Virus genome (UHGV): UHGV-1460059 | Direction: 5' to 3' (one strand) | Source: a virus | DNA length: 41,456 nucleotides | Shown: piece by piece, positions 28,596 to 36,012 of the stretch | How the letters are laid out: the number at the start of each line of letters is the position of its first letter | Position numbering within the stretch: the stretch's first letter is position 1 | Program-made: the position numbers and the translations under genes | Notes under the pieces: generated by a model | Databases searched by the model: none | What the model saw: the letters and a program-made list of their open reading frames with translations, nothing else | What the model was told of the DNA's origin: nothing

Positions 28596-28785
28596 TTTAA
28601 TTTTATCTTTTGTTCCAGACCAACTACAGGATTACAACAAAATCTGGTTGCAACACGGTGCATGTGTCGTAAGCAGTCAGTAAATGTCAAAAACGAACAG
28701 GCAGGACGCCCACGAAGTAGCCGCCTGGGGCATATGAAGTCCAGGATGATTCGTTAGCAACAAAAAAGCGCCCTACAGGACGCTT

Positions 28786-28800
28786 AGCTCTTTAACAATC
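28786..28800 (+). promoter_or_regulatory. boxA-like element (nut-like) in the leader of the plus-strand early operon
   Basis: AGCTCTTTAACAATC closely resembles the rrn/lambdoid boxA consensus (GCTCTTTAACAA). No convincing boxB hairpin follows it. Confidence 0.35.
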
Positions 28801-28843
28801 TGGTCCCCATCAACAAGTAACTGATAACTTGAGGAGATGTGAA

Positions 28844-29050
28844 ATGCACAAAACAGAACCCAAAATCGTCGCGCCTGGCTACACAGATGAGGAAATTTAT
28901 GAGTGGATGACAAAGAAGCTGGCAGCTATAAACCAGCTTCGTGAAGTGCTGTCTTATCGACAGGAAACAATAGACTCCTTAAAAAAACTGGATCAGGAAA
29001 TCACGGTTTTATCACAGGATGTTACTTTAGATATTGTGCAGACAAATTAG
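28844..29050 (+). CDS. Hypothetical small protein (68 aa), first gene after the OL-like region
   Basis: ATG at 28844 with GAGGAG 7 nt upstream (MHKTEPKIVAPGYTDEEIYEWMTKKL…). 3' end overlaps a convergent gene. Confidence 0.35.
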   Translation: MHKTEPKIVAPGYTDEEIYEWMTKKLAAINQLREVLSYRQETIDSLKKLDQEITVLSQDVTLDIVQTN

Positions 29051-29456
29051 GATCCCATTCATTTTCGTCAAAATCATCAAAGTGATGAATTTGTGATCTC
29101 CAGTCTCGATAATCTAAAAATTTCTGGGCGGTTACGCTTATTTTATCAAGTGTGAGTTCATCCTGAATTGAAAGAAGAAGTTCATCAAATTTCATCTCAT
29201 TAATCTGTTTTGGCATCCAGTGATGCTTCATCAGAATAAGGTGAACCAGAGCCTTTTTCCCATTCAACTGATTATAGGGAGTGCCGAATTTCTTCCGGTG
29301 CTCATGTAAGACAAGGTCCAAAAGAGTAAGTAATGTTGCCCTTGATTCAACTTTGCTTATTTCGACTGATGACACTACCCCACTGATTTCAATGCCCCGA
29401 TACTTTCCAACATTTTCACAGTGGGATTTGTACAGCGTATAGATATTACCGGACAT
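29022..29456 (-). CDS. Hypothetical protein (144 aa), AT-rich, in the immunity region
   Basis: Long ORF in AT-rich DNA with AAGGA-like SD; no recognised motif. Tandem direct repeats lie in its upstream region. Confidence 0.45.
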   Translation of the reverse strand: MSGNIYTLYKSHCENVGKYRGIEISGVVSSVEISKVESRATLLTLLDLVLHEHRKKFGTPYNQLNGKKALVHLILMKHHWMPKQINEMKFDELLLSIQDELTLDKISVTAQKFLDYRDWRSQIHHFDDFDENEWDPNLSAQYLK

Positions 29457-29471
29457 TTCTTTTCCTTTTGC

Positions 29472-29523
29472 GTTGTTGGGGATAACCAGATTAACCGAAT
29501 CCTTGTTGTTGGGGAATAACCAG
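29472..29523. repeat. Tandem direct repeat upstream of the 144-aa gene (candidate regulator binding sites)
   Basis: gttgttggggataaccag (29472-29489) and gttgttggggaataaccag (29505-29523), about 33 bp centre to centre. Confidence 0.5.
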
Positions 29524-29597
29524 GTCCACCTCGCCTGATGTGGCTAAAAGCAGGCACATAACAGCTAAGTATTTTCAACCAGAGAGAATCCTTAGCG

Positions 29598-29876
29598 TTG
29601 TGGTGAATGCGGCTCAGCGCACGCGGGTTAAGGTTGAGGCTGACAGTCGACCTTCTGTGGATACCCACCCGCCTGGTGTGCAACCTTCGCCAGGCACCGG
29701 GAGGCACCCGGCACCACAACTTTATGCTGTGTGTAGTCCTGGCGGTACCAGCTTGTACCCTTGCTTCCGGCTGGTACCGTCCTTTTTACAAAACAGAGAA
29801 GAGCATCACCGGACGACGGGCTCATAACCCAATCCATCCGGGCGGCAGTCACCGCAGGTGTTCTTCTCTGTTTTGT
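29598..29876. other. GC-rich, ORF-poor, hairpin-dense non-coding element (candidate structured RNA or recombination/regulatory site)
   Basis: Perfect 15-bp inverted repeat 29788-29802 / 29862-29876; 9-10-bp IR 29744-29752 / 29770-29778; GCCTGG/CCAGGC 29671-29695; CCGGG/CCCGG 29697-29711; long-range TTGTGGTG/CACCACAA 29598-29605 / 29712-29719. All frames give Arg/Pro/Gly-rich non-protein-like ORFs. Confidence 0.4.
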
Positions 29877-29924
29877 GGAGAAACTAACCGACCTTGCAGG
29901 GTCGATATGATGAGGAGCAGCAAA

Positions 29925-30287
29925 ATGGCTAGCGAACGCAGTACTGATGTGCAGGCATTTATCGGGGAGCTGGACGGCGGCGTATTTGAAACCAAAATCG
30001 GCGCAGTTCTCAGTGAAGTCGCTTCCGGTGTGATGAACACGAAAACCAAAGGTAAGGTCTCGCTCAACCTGGAAATCGAACCGTTTGATGAGAACCGTGT
30101 GAAAATCAAACACAAACTCTCATATGTTCGCCCAACTAACCGCGGGAAAATTTCCGAAGAAGACACCACCGAAACGCCGATGTATGTCAATCGCGGTGGT
30201 CGCCTGACTATTCTGCAGGAAGACCAGGGACAATTACTGACTCTTGCCGGTGAACCTGACGGAAAACTCCGCGCAGCAGGTCGTTAA
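29925..30287 (+). CDS. yfdP: YfdP-like prophage protein
   Basis: ATG at 29925 with GAGGAG 7 nt upstream gives 120 aa. Size and the following gene neighbours match the K-12 CPS-53 yfdP-yfdQ-yfdR block as recalled. Confidence 0.45.
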   Translation: MASERSTDVQAFIGELDGGVFETKIGAVLSEVASGVMNTKTKGKVSLNLEIEPFDENRVKIKHKLSYVRPTNRGKISEEDTTETPMYVNRGGRLTILQEDQGQLLTLAGEPDGKLRAAGR

Positions 30288-30352
30288 TATCGTTCGTAAT
30301 AAACTGATTATTTATCTCATCACTGAATATCTTTATATAGTGAGGACTTATT

Positions 30353-31177
30353 ATGTCTCAGAACTTAGACGCAACCGCAATTAATCAAATCCATGCCCTT
30401 ATTTCTGCTCAGGGTGTTAATGAAATTATCAGTAAGATTGGTGCCGATGCTGTGGCATTGCCTGAGAATTTCCGCATTCATGATCTGGAAAAATTTAATT
30501 TAAATCGCTTCCGTTTCCGTGGTGCACTTTCCACTGCCAGCATCGATGATTTTACCCGTTATTCTAAAGATCTTGCAGATGAAGGCACCCGCTGCTTTAT
30601 CGATGCCGATAATATGCGTGCCGTCAGTGTGCTTAACCTGGGTACTATTGATGAGCCAGGTCACGCAGATAACACTGCCACTCTCAAACTGAAAAAGACA
30701 GCACCGTTCTCTGCTCTGTTGTCTGTTAACGGCGAGCGTAACTCCCAGAAGTCACTGGCAGAATGGATCGAAGACTGGGCCGACTACCTTGTGGGCTTTG
30801 ATGCTAATGGTGACACCATTCAGGCAACAAAAGCGGCTGCGGCGGTCCGTAAAATCACGATTGAAGCAAACCAGACTGCTGATTTTGAAGATAATGACTT
30901 CAGCGGCAAACGCTCCCTGATGGAGTCTGTCGAAGCGAAGACCAAAGACATTATGCCAGTGGCATTTGAGTTTAAATGCGTTCCGTTTGAAGGTCTGAAA
31001 GAACGTCCGTTTAAATTACGCCTCAGCATTATCACTGGCGATCGTCCTGTACTGGTTCTGCGCATTATTCAGCTGGAAGCGGTGCAGGAAGATATGGCTA
31101 ACGAATTTCGTGATCTGCTTGTTGAGAAATTCAAGGACAGCAAAGTAGAAACCTTTATTGGGACTTTCACCGCCTGA
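30353..31177 (+). CDS. yfdQ: YfdQ-like (DUF2303-type) prophage protein
   Basis: 274 aa, the same length as YfdQ, with the conserved neighbour order. Confidence 0.55.
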   Translation: MSQNLDATAINQIHALISAQGVNEIISKIGADAVALPENFRIHDLEKFNLNRFRFRGALSTASIDDFTRYSKDLADEGTRCFIDADNMRAVSVLNLGTIDEPGHADNTATLKLKKTAPFSALLSVNGERNSQKSLAEWIEDWADYLVGFDANGDTIQATKAAAAVRKITIEANQTADFEDNDFSGKRSLMESVEAKTKDIMPVAFEFKCVPFEGLKERPFKLRLSIITGDRPVLVLRIIQLEAVQEDMANEFRDLLVEKFKDSKVETFIGTFTA

Positions 31178-31188
31178 TTTCATTACTG

Positions 31189-31212
31189 CAAATGCCCCTG
31201 CGGGGGCATTTA
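31189..31212 (+). other. Perfect hairpin between the yfdQ-like and yfdR-like genes
   Basis: aaatgcccc-tgc-gggggcattt (9-bp stem, 3-nt loop), not followed by a U-tract. Confidence 0.35.
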
Positions 31213-31305
31213 TGGAAACGTAATTGACTCAATAATCGCCTGAAGGCGAGGGTTTTCTTTAACCAAAATTCAGCGCGGTGCAGCGCATATAACGTGGAGA
31301 ACAAA

Positions 31306-31830
31306 ATGTCATTTATTAAAACTTTTTCCGGGAAACATTTTTATTATGACAGGATAAATAAAGACAACATCGATATTAACGATATCGCGGTTTCCCTTTC
31401 AAATATCTGTCGCTTTGCCGGCCATCTTTCACACTTCTACAGCGTCGCCCAACATGCGGTGCTTTGCAGCCAGCTGGTACCGCAGGAATTTGCTTTTGAA
31501 GCGTTAATGCATGATGCAACAGAAGCGTATTGCCAGGACATCCCGGCTCCACTGAAACGCCTTCTTCCTGACTATAAACGGATGGAAGAAAAAATAGACG
31601 CCGTAATCCGTGAGAAATACGGGTTACCCCCGGTTATGAGTACGCCCGTGAAATATGCCGATCTCATCATGCTGGCAACCGAACGCCGCGATCTCGGGCT
31701 TGATGATGGCTCTTTCTGGCCCGTACTGGAAGGTATCCCGGCAACAGAGATGTTCAAAGTTATTCCACTGTCGCCAGGCCATACCTATGGGATGTTTATG
31801 GAACGCTTTAAAGAGTTAACTGAGTCGTAA
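31306..31830 (+). CDS. yfdR: HD-domain phosphohydrolase, YfdR-like 5'-deoxynucleotidase
   Basis: HD motif (…EALMHDATEAY…) with upstream His (SVAQHAVL). ATG at 31306 has GGAGA upstream; the GTG at 31294 would give 178 aa. Confidence 0.65.
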   Translation: MSFIKTFSGKHFYYDRINKDNIDINDIAVSLSNICRFAGHLSHFYSVAQHAVLCSQLVPQEFAFEALMHDATEAYCQDIPAPLKRLLPDYKRMEEKIDAVIREKYGLPPVMSTPVKYADLIMLATERRDLGLDDGSFWPVLEGIPATEMFKVIPLSPGHTYGMFMERFKELTES

Positions 31831-31938
31831 AAATCAGCACGTACGAATTCAAACTCTGCCATAAAAGAACATATAAGTAATTTATTAACATATAGATATA
31901 GGTTATATTACAAATTGAAAAATTATTGGAGAGCAACA

Positions 31939-32805
31939 ATGAATCAAAATCCATTCTCATTCTATGACTTTCTTGGATATTTAATACCAGGTGGTTTTTT
32001 TATCCTATTAATGTATTTCTGTGGTTTGACATTCGATCTAGATATTGTTATTGACTTAAGTGAATTGCTCAGAGGTCAAAGTCAAATCTTTGGCATTTTG
32101 AACTACGCTTCAATAGTTATTATATCTTATATAGCTGGACATTTTATTTCTATCACGTCAGCATTTTTTATCGAAAAATACATGAATAAAGAATTAGGAT
32201 ATCCTTCCAAATATCTATTTAAAAAATTGATAGATACCTCAGAAAGCATTTGTAGCCCATCATGCGATGAGAGAAGCGCTGATAAAAAAACAAAAATAAA
32301 GAATCGCATAATCAAATGCGTATTATGCCCAATAATACTATGGGATTTTATAACACAAAAACTATGTTATTCTCAATCTCTACCATTTCATTTAGCTAAT
32401 ACAACATGGTTAATGATCAAAGAAGGTTATGAGAAAAAGTTCATAACAAATCGCCAATTATTACAAGATAAAAACGGACTTGATGATGATCTCTTCAGAT
32501 TGGCATATCATTATGTTTATGAGTTTTCAAAACAACATCAAACAAAAATTCAAAACTATGTTGCATTATATGGTTTTTGCAGAAACATATGTTTAATCTT
32601 TATAATTTCATTTTGGGTATCAGTTCCAACCTTTATTTATCGATTATGTACTCATAGTGATTATCTTTATAGTTTACTTTCAATAATGCTTAGCTTTTTC
32701 TTCGTCTATGTTTTCTATGTTGGTTTTGTTAAATTTTATAGAAGATATACTTTAGAAGTATTAATGGCATTTGCTGTACTTCAAAGTAACGACACTATTC
32801 GTTAA
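31939..32805 (+). CDS. Polytopic membrane protein, very AT-rich (accessory gene upstream of xis/int)
   Basis: ATG at 31939 with GGAGAG upstream. Several hydrophobic segments (LGYLIPGGFFILLMYFCGL; IFGILNYASIVIISYIAGHFISI; ICLIFIISFWVSVPTFIY; LLSIMLSFFFVYVFYVGFV). GC content is far below the flanking phage genes. Confidence 0.45.
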   Translation: MNQNPFSFYDFLGYLIPGGFFILLMYFCGLTFDLDIVIDLSELLRGQSQIFGILNYASIVIISYIAGHFISITSAFFIEKYMNKELGYPSKYLFKKLIDTSESICSPSCDERSADKKTKIKNRIIKCVLCPIILWDFITQKLCYSQSLPFHLANTTWLMIKEGYEKKFITNRQLLQDKNGLDDDLFRLAYHYVYEFSKQHQTKIQNYVALYGFCRNICLIFIISFWVSVPTFIYRLCTHSDYLYSLLSIMLSFFFVYVFYVGFVKFYRRYTLEVLMAFAVLQSNDTIR

Positions 32806-32846
32806 TAATGTTGCTCCCGTGTGCAGACGGGATAATGGAGAAACGT

Positions 32847-33053
32847 ATGCTGAACCTCGATTGTGTTCCTATCTCAACTTATTGCAAAGAAACTGGCGAA
32901 ACTCCTGAAGCAATAAACAAACGTGTACAGCGCGGTGTTTGGCGTGAAGGTGTTCAGGTTTTAAAGGTTGAAGGCGTTAAGGAGAGGTGGATTGATCTTA
33001 GTGAGGTTGCAAAATGGGCCAGACAAAACTGCTCAAACTACCGCGCGGCGTAA
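32847..33053 (+). CDS. Excisionase-like small DNA-binding protein
   Basis: 68-aa basic protein whose 3' end overlaps the int start by 40 nt. ATG at 32847 has GGAG upstream; the alternative start is 32835. Confidence 0.45.
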   Translation: MLNLDCVPISTYCKETGETPEAINKRVQRGVWREGVQVLKVEGVKERWIDLSEVAKWARQNCSNYRAA

Positions 33054-34186
33054 CAATCAGGAAACACCGCCAGGGAGAAACGATCAATATAACTTTCACC
33101 TACAAAGGAGTTAGATGTCGTGAGCCGCTTTCCAATCTGGAAGTAACACCAAAGAACATTAAATACGCCGAGCGTACACTCGGCGAAATCCATAATAAGA
33201 TCGAAAGGGGAACATTCATTTATGCAGAATATTTTCCCCGTTCTGCTCGTTTGAAAATTTTTGGTAATGCTGCTGCAGGCAAAACGGTAAAGATGTACCT
33301 GGACGAATATCTTGAAATCTGCGAAACAAGAAAACTTTCACCCTCTACGATTGGTGGCTATAAAAAATGCCGTAGTGCGTTAGCCTCACTTCACATTTGC
33401 CCTGCAAGTGAATTAACACCAGCAACCCTGAAAGCGTGGATTCAAAATCAGAAAACGACCTTAAAAACAATTCGCAACCAGTTATCTTTCCTGCGGTCAG
33501 CACTTGATGAAGCCGTGACCGATGGGGTACTTCAAATTAACCCCGTATCGTTAGTAACAGCTTCGCGCTACCAAAGTGATAAGTCAGAAGCAGAAAGCAG
33601 CTACGTAGTTGATCCGCTATCACCAGCAGAAGTTGATGCATTACTAGCAGCAGCCGGAAACAAACAATGGGAAAATCTGTTCCGGTTCGCTATACATACA
33701 GGCCTGCGTAGTTCTGAATTATGTGCCCTTCGATGGCGTGATATCGACTTTGTTGGAAAAACTGCCCATGTCCAGAGCGCAAGTGTTGTCGGTGTTATCA
33801 AAGGGACAAAGACAAAAGCAGGTACTCGGAAAGTTGAACTGACAGAAGAGGCAATGTTGGCGCTGATAAATCAGAAGCCATTTACATTCATGAAGGATAC
33901 TACTGTCTTTGAAGATCCAAAGACCAATAAGCCTTGGGCAAGTGCTGATGCAATCAGGAAAAAAGCATGGGTGCCAACATTGCGAAAAGCAGGTATTCGT
34001 TACAGAAATCCATATCAAACTAGGCATACATTCGCCACCCGCCATATCAGCCGGGGAGCAAACCTGTTTTGGCTTGCAGCTCAAATGGGGCATAAAGGGC
34101 CGGAAATGTTATTTCGTCATTATGGTTCATATTTAAAGGAATATGACGGTAATACGACCAGCAATATCACAAAAAAAGCCACTTAA
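33014..34186 (+). CDS. Tyrosine integrase (lambda-type, with arm-binding N-terminal domain)
   Basis: 390 aa; C-terminal catalytic signature including …HTFATRHISRGANLFWLAAQMGHKGPEMLFRHYGSYL… (R, HxxR, Y). Confidence 0.9.
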   Translation: MGQTKLLKLPRGVTIRKHRQGETINITFTYKGVRCREPLSNLEVTPKNIKYAERTLGEIHNKIERGTFIYAEYFPRSARLKIFGNAAAGKTVKMYLDEYLEICETRKLSPSTIGGYKKCRSALASLHICPASELTPATLKAWIQNQKTTLKTIRNQLSFLRSALDEAVTDGVLQINPVSLVTASRYQSDKSEAESSYVVDPLSPAEVDALLAAAGNKQWENLFRFAIHTGLRSSELCALRWRDIDFVGKTAHVQSASVVGVIKGTKTKAGTRKVELTEEAMLALINQKPFTFMKDTTVFEDPKTNKPWASADAIRKKAWVPTLRKAGIRYRNPYQTRHTFATRHISRGANLFWLAAQMGHKGPEMLFRHYGSYLKEYDGNTTSNITKKAT

Positions 34187-34195
34187 GTGGCTTTA
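34175..34195. terminator. Bidirectional intrinsic terminator straddling the int stop codon
   Basis: aaagccact-TAA-agtggcttt (perfect 9-bp stem). On the minus strand it is followed by a U7 run, ending the int-distal operon; on the plus strand it ends int. Confidence 0.6.
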
Positions 34196-34199
34196 TCAA

Positions 34200-34583
34200 T
34201 TAGGAGGCTCTCGATTTAAGCATTTCCGTACACTTAGCAAAGAGCCTCTCAGTTGTTAGAATCGCAACTTCAGACTGTTTAGAAGTGACCGATTGATCAA
34301 GTCGATAGTCTGCAACAATCCTCTGAGCTTTAAGTTGACTCAGGATAAAACTAATCCCTTTTAGATATCTAGCTTCATATACTTCACTTCCTCTTGAAGC
34401 ATCGCCCTGCAAATAATTGATTAGCCCCTGATGACTGTCTTTCGGCCCGTTTACCATACAAGGCAAGACATGATGGTAAGCGCCATAGTAGGATCTTGCT
34501 ATAGCATTTCGATAGCCGATTTCGTCATTACGTTGATGACAGTCTTTTGCAAAACCGAGAAAATCTTGACTATTAACCGGCAT
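34200..34583 (-). CDS. Hypothetical protein with R-x6-H motif (HEPN-like candidate), distal gene of the int-att operon
   Basis: ATG at 34583 with GGAGGG 7 nt upstream; 127 aa; motif RSYYGAYHH; 11-nt overlap with the upstream gene. Confidence 0.4.
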   Translation of the reverse strand: MPVNSQDFLGFAKDCHQRNDEIGYRNAIARSYYGAYHHVLPCMVNGPKDSHQGLINYLQGDASRGSEVYEARYLKGISFILSQLKAQRIVADYRLDQSVTSKQSEVAILTTERLFAKCTEMLKSRAS

Positions 34584-35388
34584 GTGCAACCCTCCGGGTA
34601 ATCAGACCTAATTCGGAGATAGCATTCTGCTCAATATGTGTGTCTTTACATTCAAACCAAACAGCAAAATCTTTACCGACTAAACAATCGTGCTCAGCCA
34701 TTGAAAAAGCAAGCTCAATATTCATATCAGCGATTTGTTCAGCATCAGAAGACTTTGTCATGAATACAATCGCATTCACTTTCTCTTCCGAAATATTATA
34801 AAAACGCATTCCCGAAAGATGAACCTTCTGAGAATCCATGACATTGGCTACATTATTGAAAATAAGTTCATATTCTAAACCAGAAAGATCGGCACGTTGC
34901 TTAAAGGATTCGACCTGGGAAACAACTTCATCAAAATTGTTGTCCATTTTTTCAGGCTCCTTATCTCCGAACAATTTAGAGTATGACTGGAAATACTTCT
35001 CCGCCAACGCCATCTTCCCCATAAAGAGGGAGTTTTCATAAGCTTGAAGATAAATAAACGGGGATATGAAGCTTTCAGCAAGCTTAATGCTTGTTTCAAA
35101 GCTTTTCTTCAACGTACCGTAATCTGACAAGAAAACAAGAAAATTCTTTGCAACAACCTCATTATGGCATACCTGCAAGGAACGCTCAAAGAAGCCTATC
35201 GCCTCATTCACTTGGCCATGTGCACCATAGACCAACGCTAAAAGATAGTCCTCAGAGACAGGATCTCTAAGTGCTTCAATCTCACGTAACATCCTTCTAA
35301 AGCTAAAGTCATCAATCCTCACTCCATCTTTGAGGTATTTAGTTAGCCGCGCGCTAATAACTGATGCTTTTTTTGCTGGCTGCAACAT
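34573..35388 (-). CDS. Hypothetical protein (271 aa), AT-rich, first gene of the int-att operon
   Basis: Long ORF in AT-rich DNA; helical-repeat-like N-terminal half; no recognised catalytic motif. Confidence 0.45.
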   Translation of the reverse strand: MLQPAKKASVISARLTKYLKDGVRIDDFSFRRMLREIEALRDPVSEDYLLALVYGAHGQVNEAIGFFERSLQVCHNEVVAKNFLVFLSDYGTLKKSFETSIKLAESFISPFIYLQAYENSLFMGKMALAEKYFQSYSKLFGDKEPEKMDNNFDEVVSQVESFKQRADLSGLEYELIFNNVANVMDSQKVHLSGMRFYNISEEKVNAIVFMTKSSDAEQIADMNIELAFSMAEHDCLVGKDFAVWFECKDTHIEQNAISELGLITRRVAHAG

Positions 35389-35815
35389 TAAAAACCTTAT
35401 CTTACAAATAGTTGGTAATGATGTTGAATTATTTTTTGTTCTTTATGGCTAATAAGATTACATGAAGGGACAACTTCTGACCACCTTAGAAAACACTCAC
35501 TTTAGTAACAAGAGTCAATAATATTGTTGACAAATCACAAAAAAACAAACTTATCCAAAACAATCTGGTTTATCACAAAGCCTCTGTGCATAAATCTGTG
35601 CATAACATCATTTTTACACACATTTTTTTATAAAAATATTTTTTAGCAAAAAATGCTATCTATCTCCGAAACTGCAACCACAAACCATTAATTCCAAATG
35701 AAACTATTTTAAAATAAATAGTAAGACAGTAACAGGACAGAAAAAGTTCCGCAAAAGAGCCGCTTGTAAAATCAACAATATTTGGCTATTTAAATTCAAT
35801 GAATTACATAACTAT

Positions 35816-35847
35816 GGACACGGGTTCAACTCCCGCCAGCTCCACCA
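35816..35847 (+). other. ssrA (tmRNA) 3'-end-like fragment: attachment-site core / junction between two integrative elements
   Basis: GGACACGGGTTCAACTCCCGCCAGCTCCACCA matches the recalled E. coli tmRNA 3' terminus with one mismatch. Upstream sequence is AT-rich and unlike ssrA, so only the terminal ~32 nt are present. Confidence 0.6.
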
Positions 35848-36012
35848 CTTTTTAGTTGTTTGAAGTTCAATGAAGTCTACTAAGCCCACACAGCACAAGC
35901 TCTGCGGGCTTTTTTACGTCTATTGTCGTCCAGTGAGAATTGCTGAGAACTACGAGTTATGGCACCCTGAATGGGACCCACTAAGAAGGGTCCAAAAACC
36001 GAGGGTCCCAAA

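Noticed and set aside
28844-29050. N-type antiterminator identity for the first early-left gene
   Set aside because: The 68-aa product lacks the Arg-rich N-terminal motif of N proteins and no boxB hairpin is evident.
29598-29876. Retron msr/msd interpretation of the GC-rich structured element
   Set aside because: No reverse transcriptase gene is adjacent; the neighbours are yfdP/Q/R-like. Kept as a structured element of unknown type.
29607-29924. 5' extension of the yfdP-like ORF reported by the ORF track from 29607
   Set aside because: The first ~100 codons are Arg/Pro/Gly-rich and overlie the hairpin-dense element; the ATG at 29925 has a strong RBS and gives the expected 120-aa size.
35816-35847. 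A complete ssrA/tmRNA gene
   Set aside because: Only the terminal ~32 nt match; upstream sequence is AT-rich and unlike tmRNA, and one mismatch would break the T-stem. It is an att-core remnant, not a functional gene.
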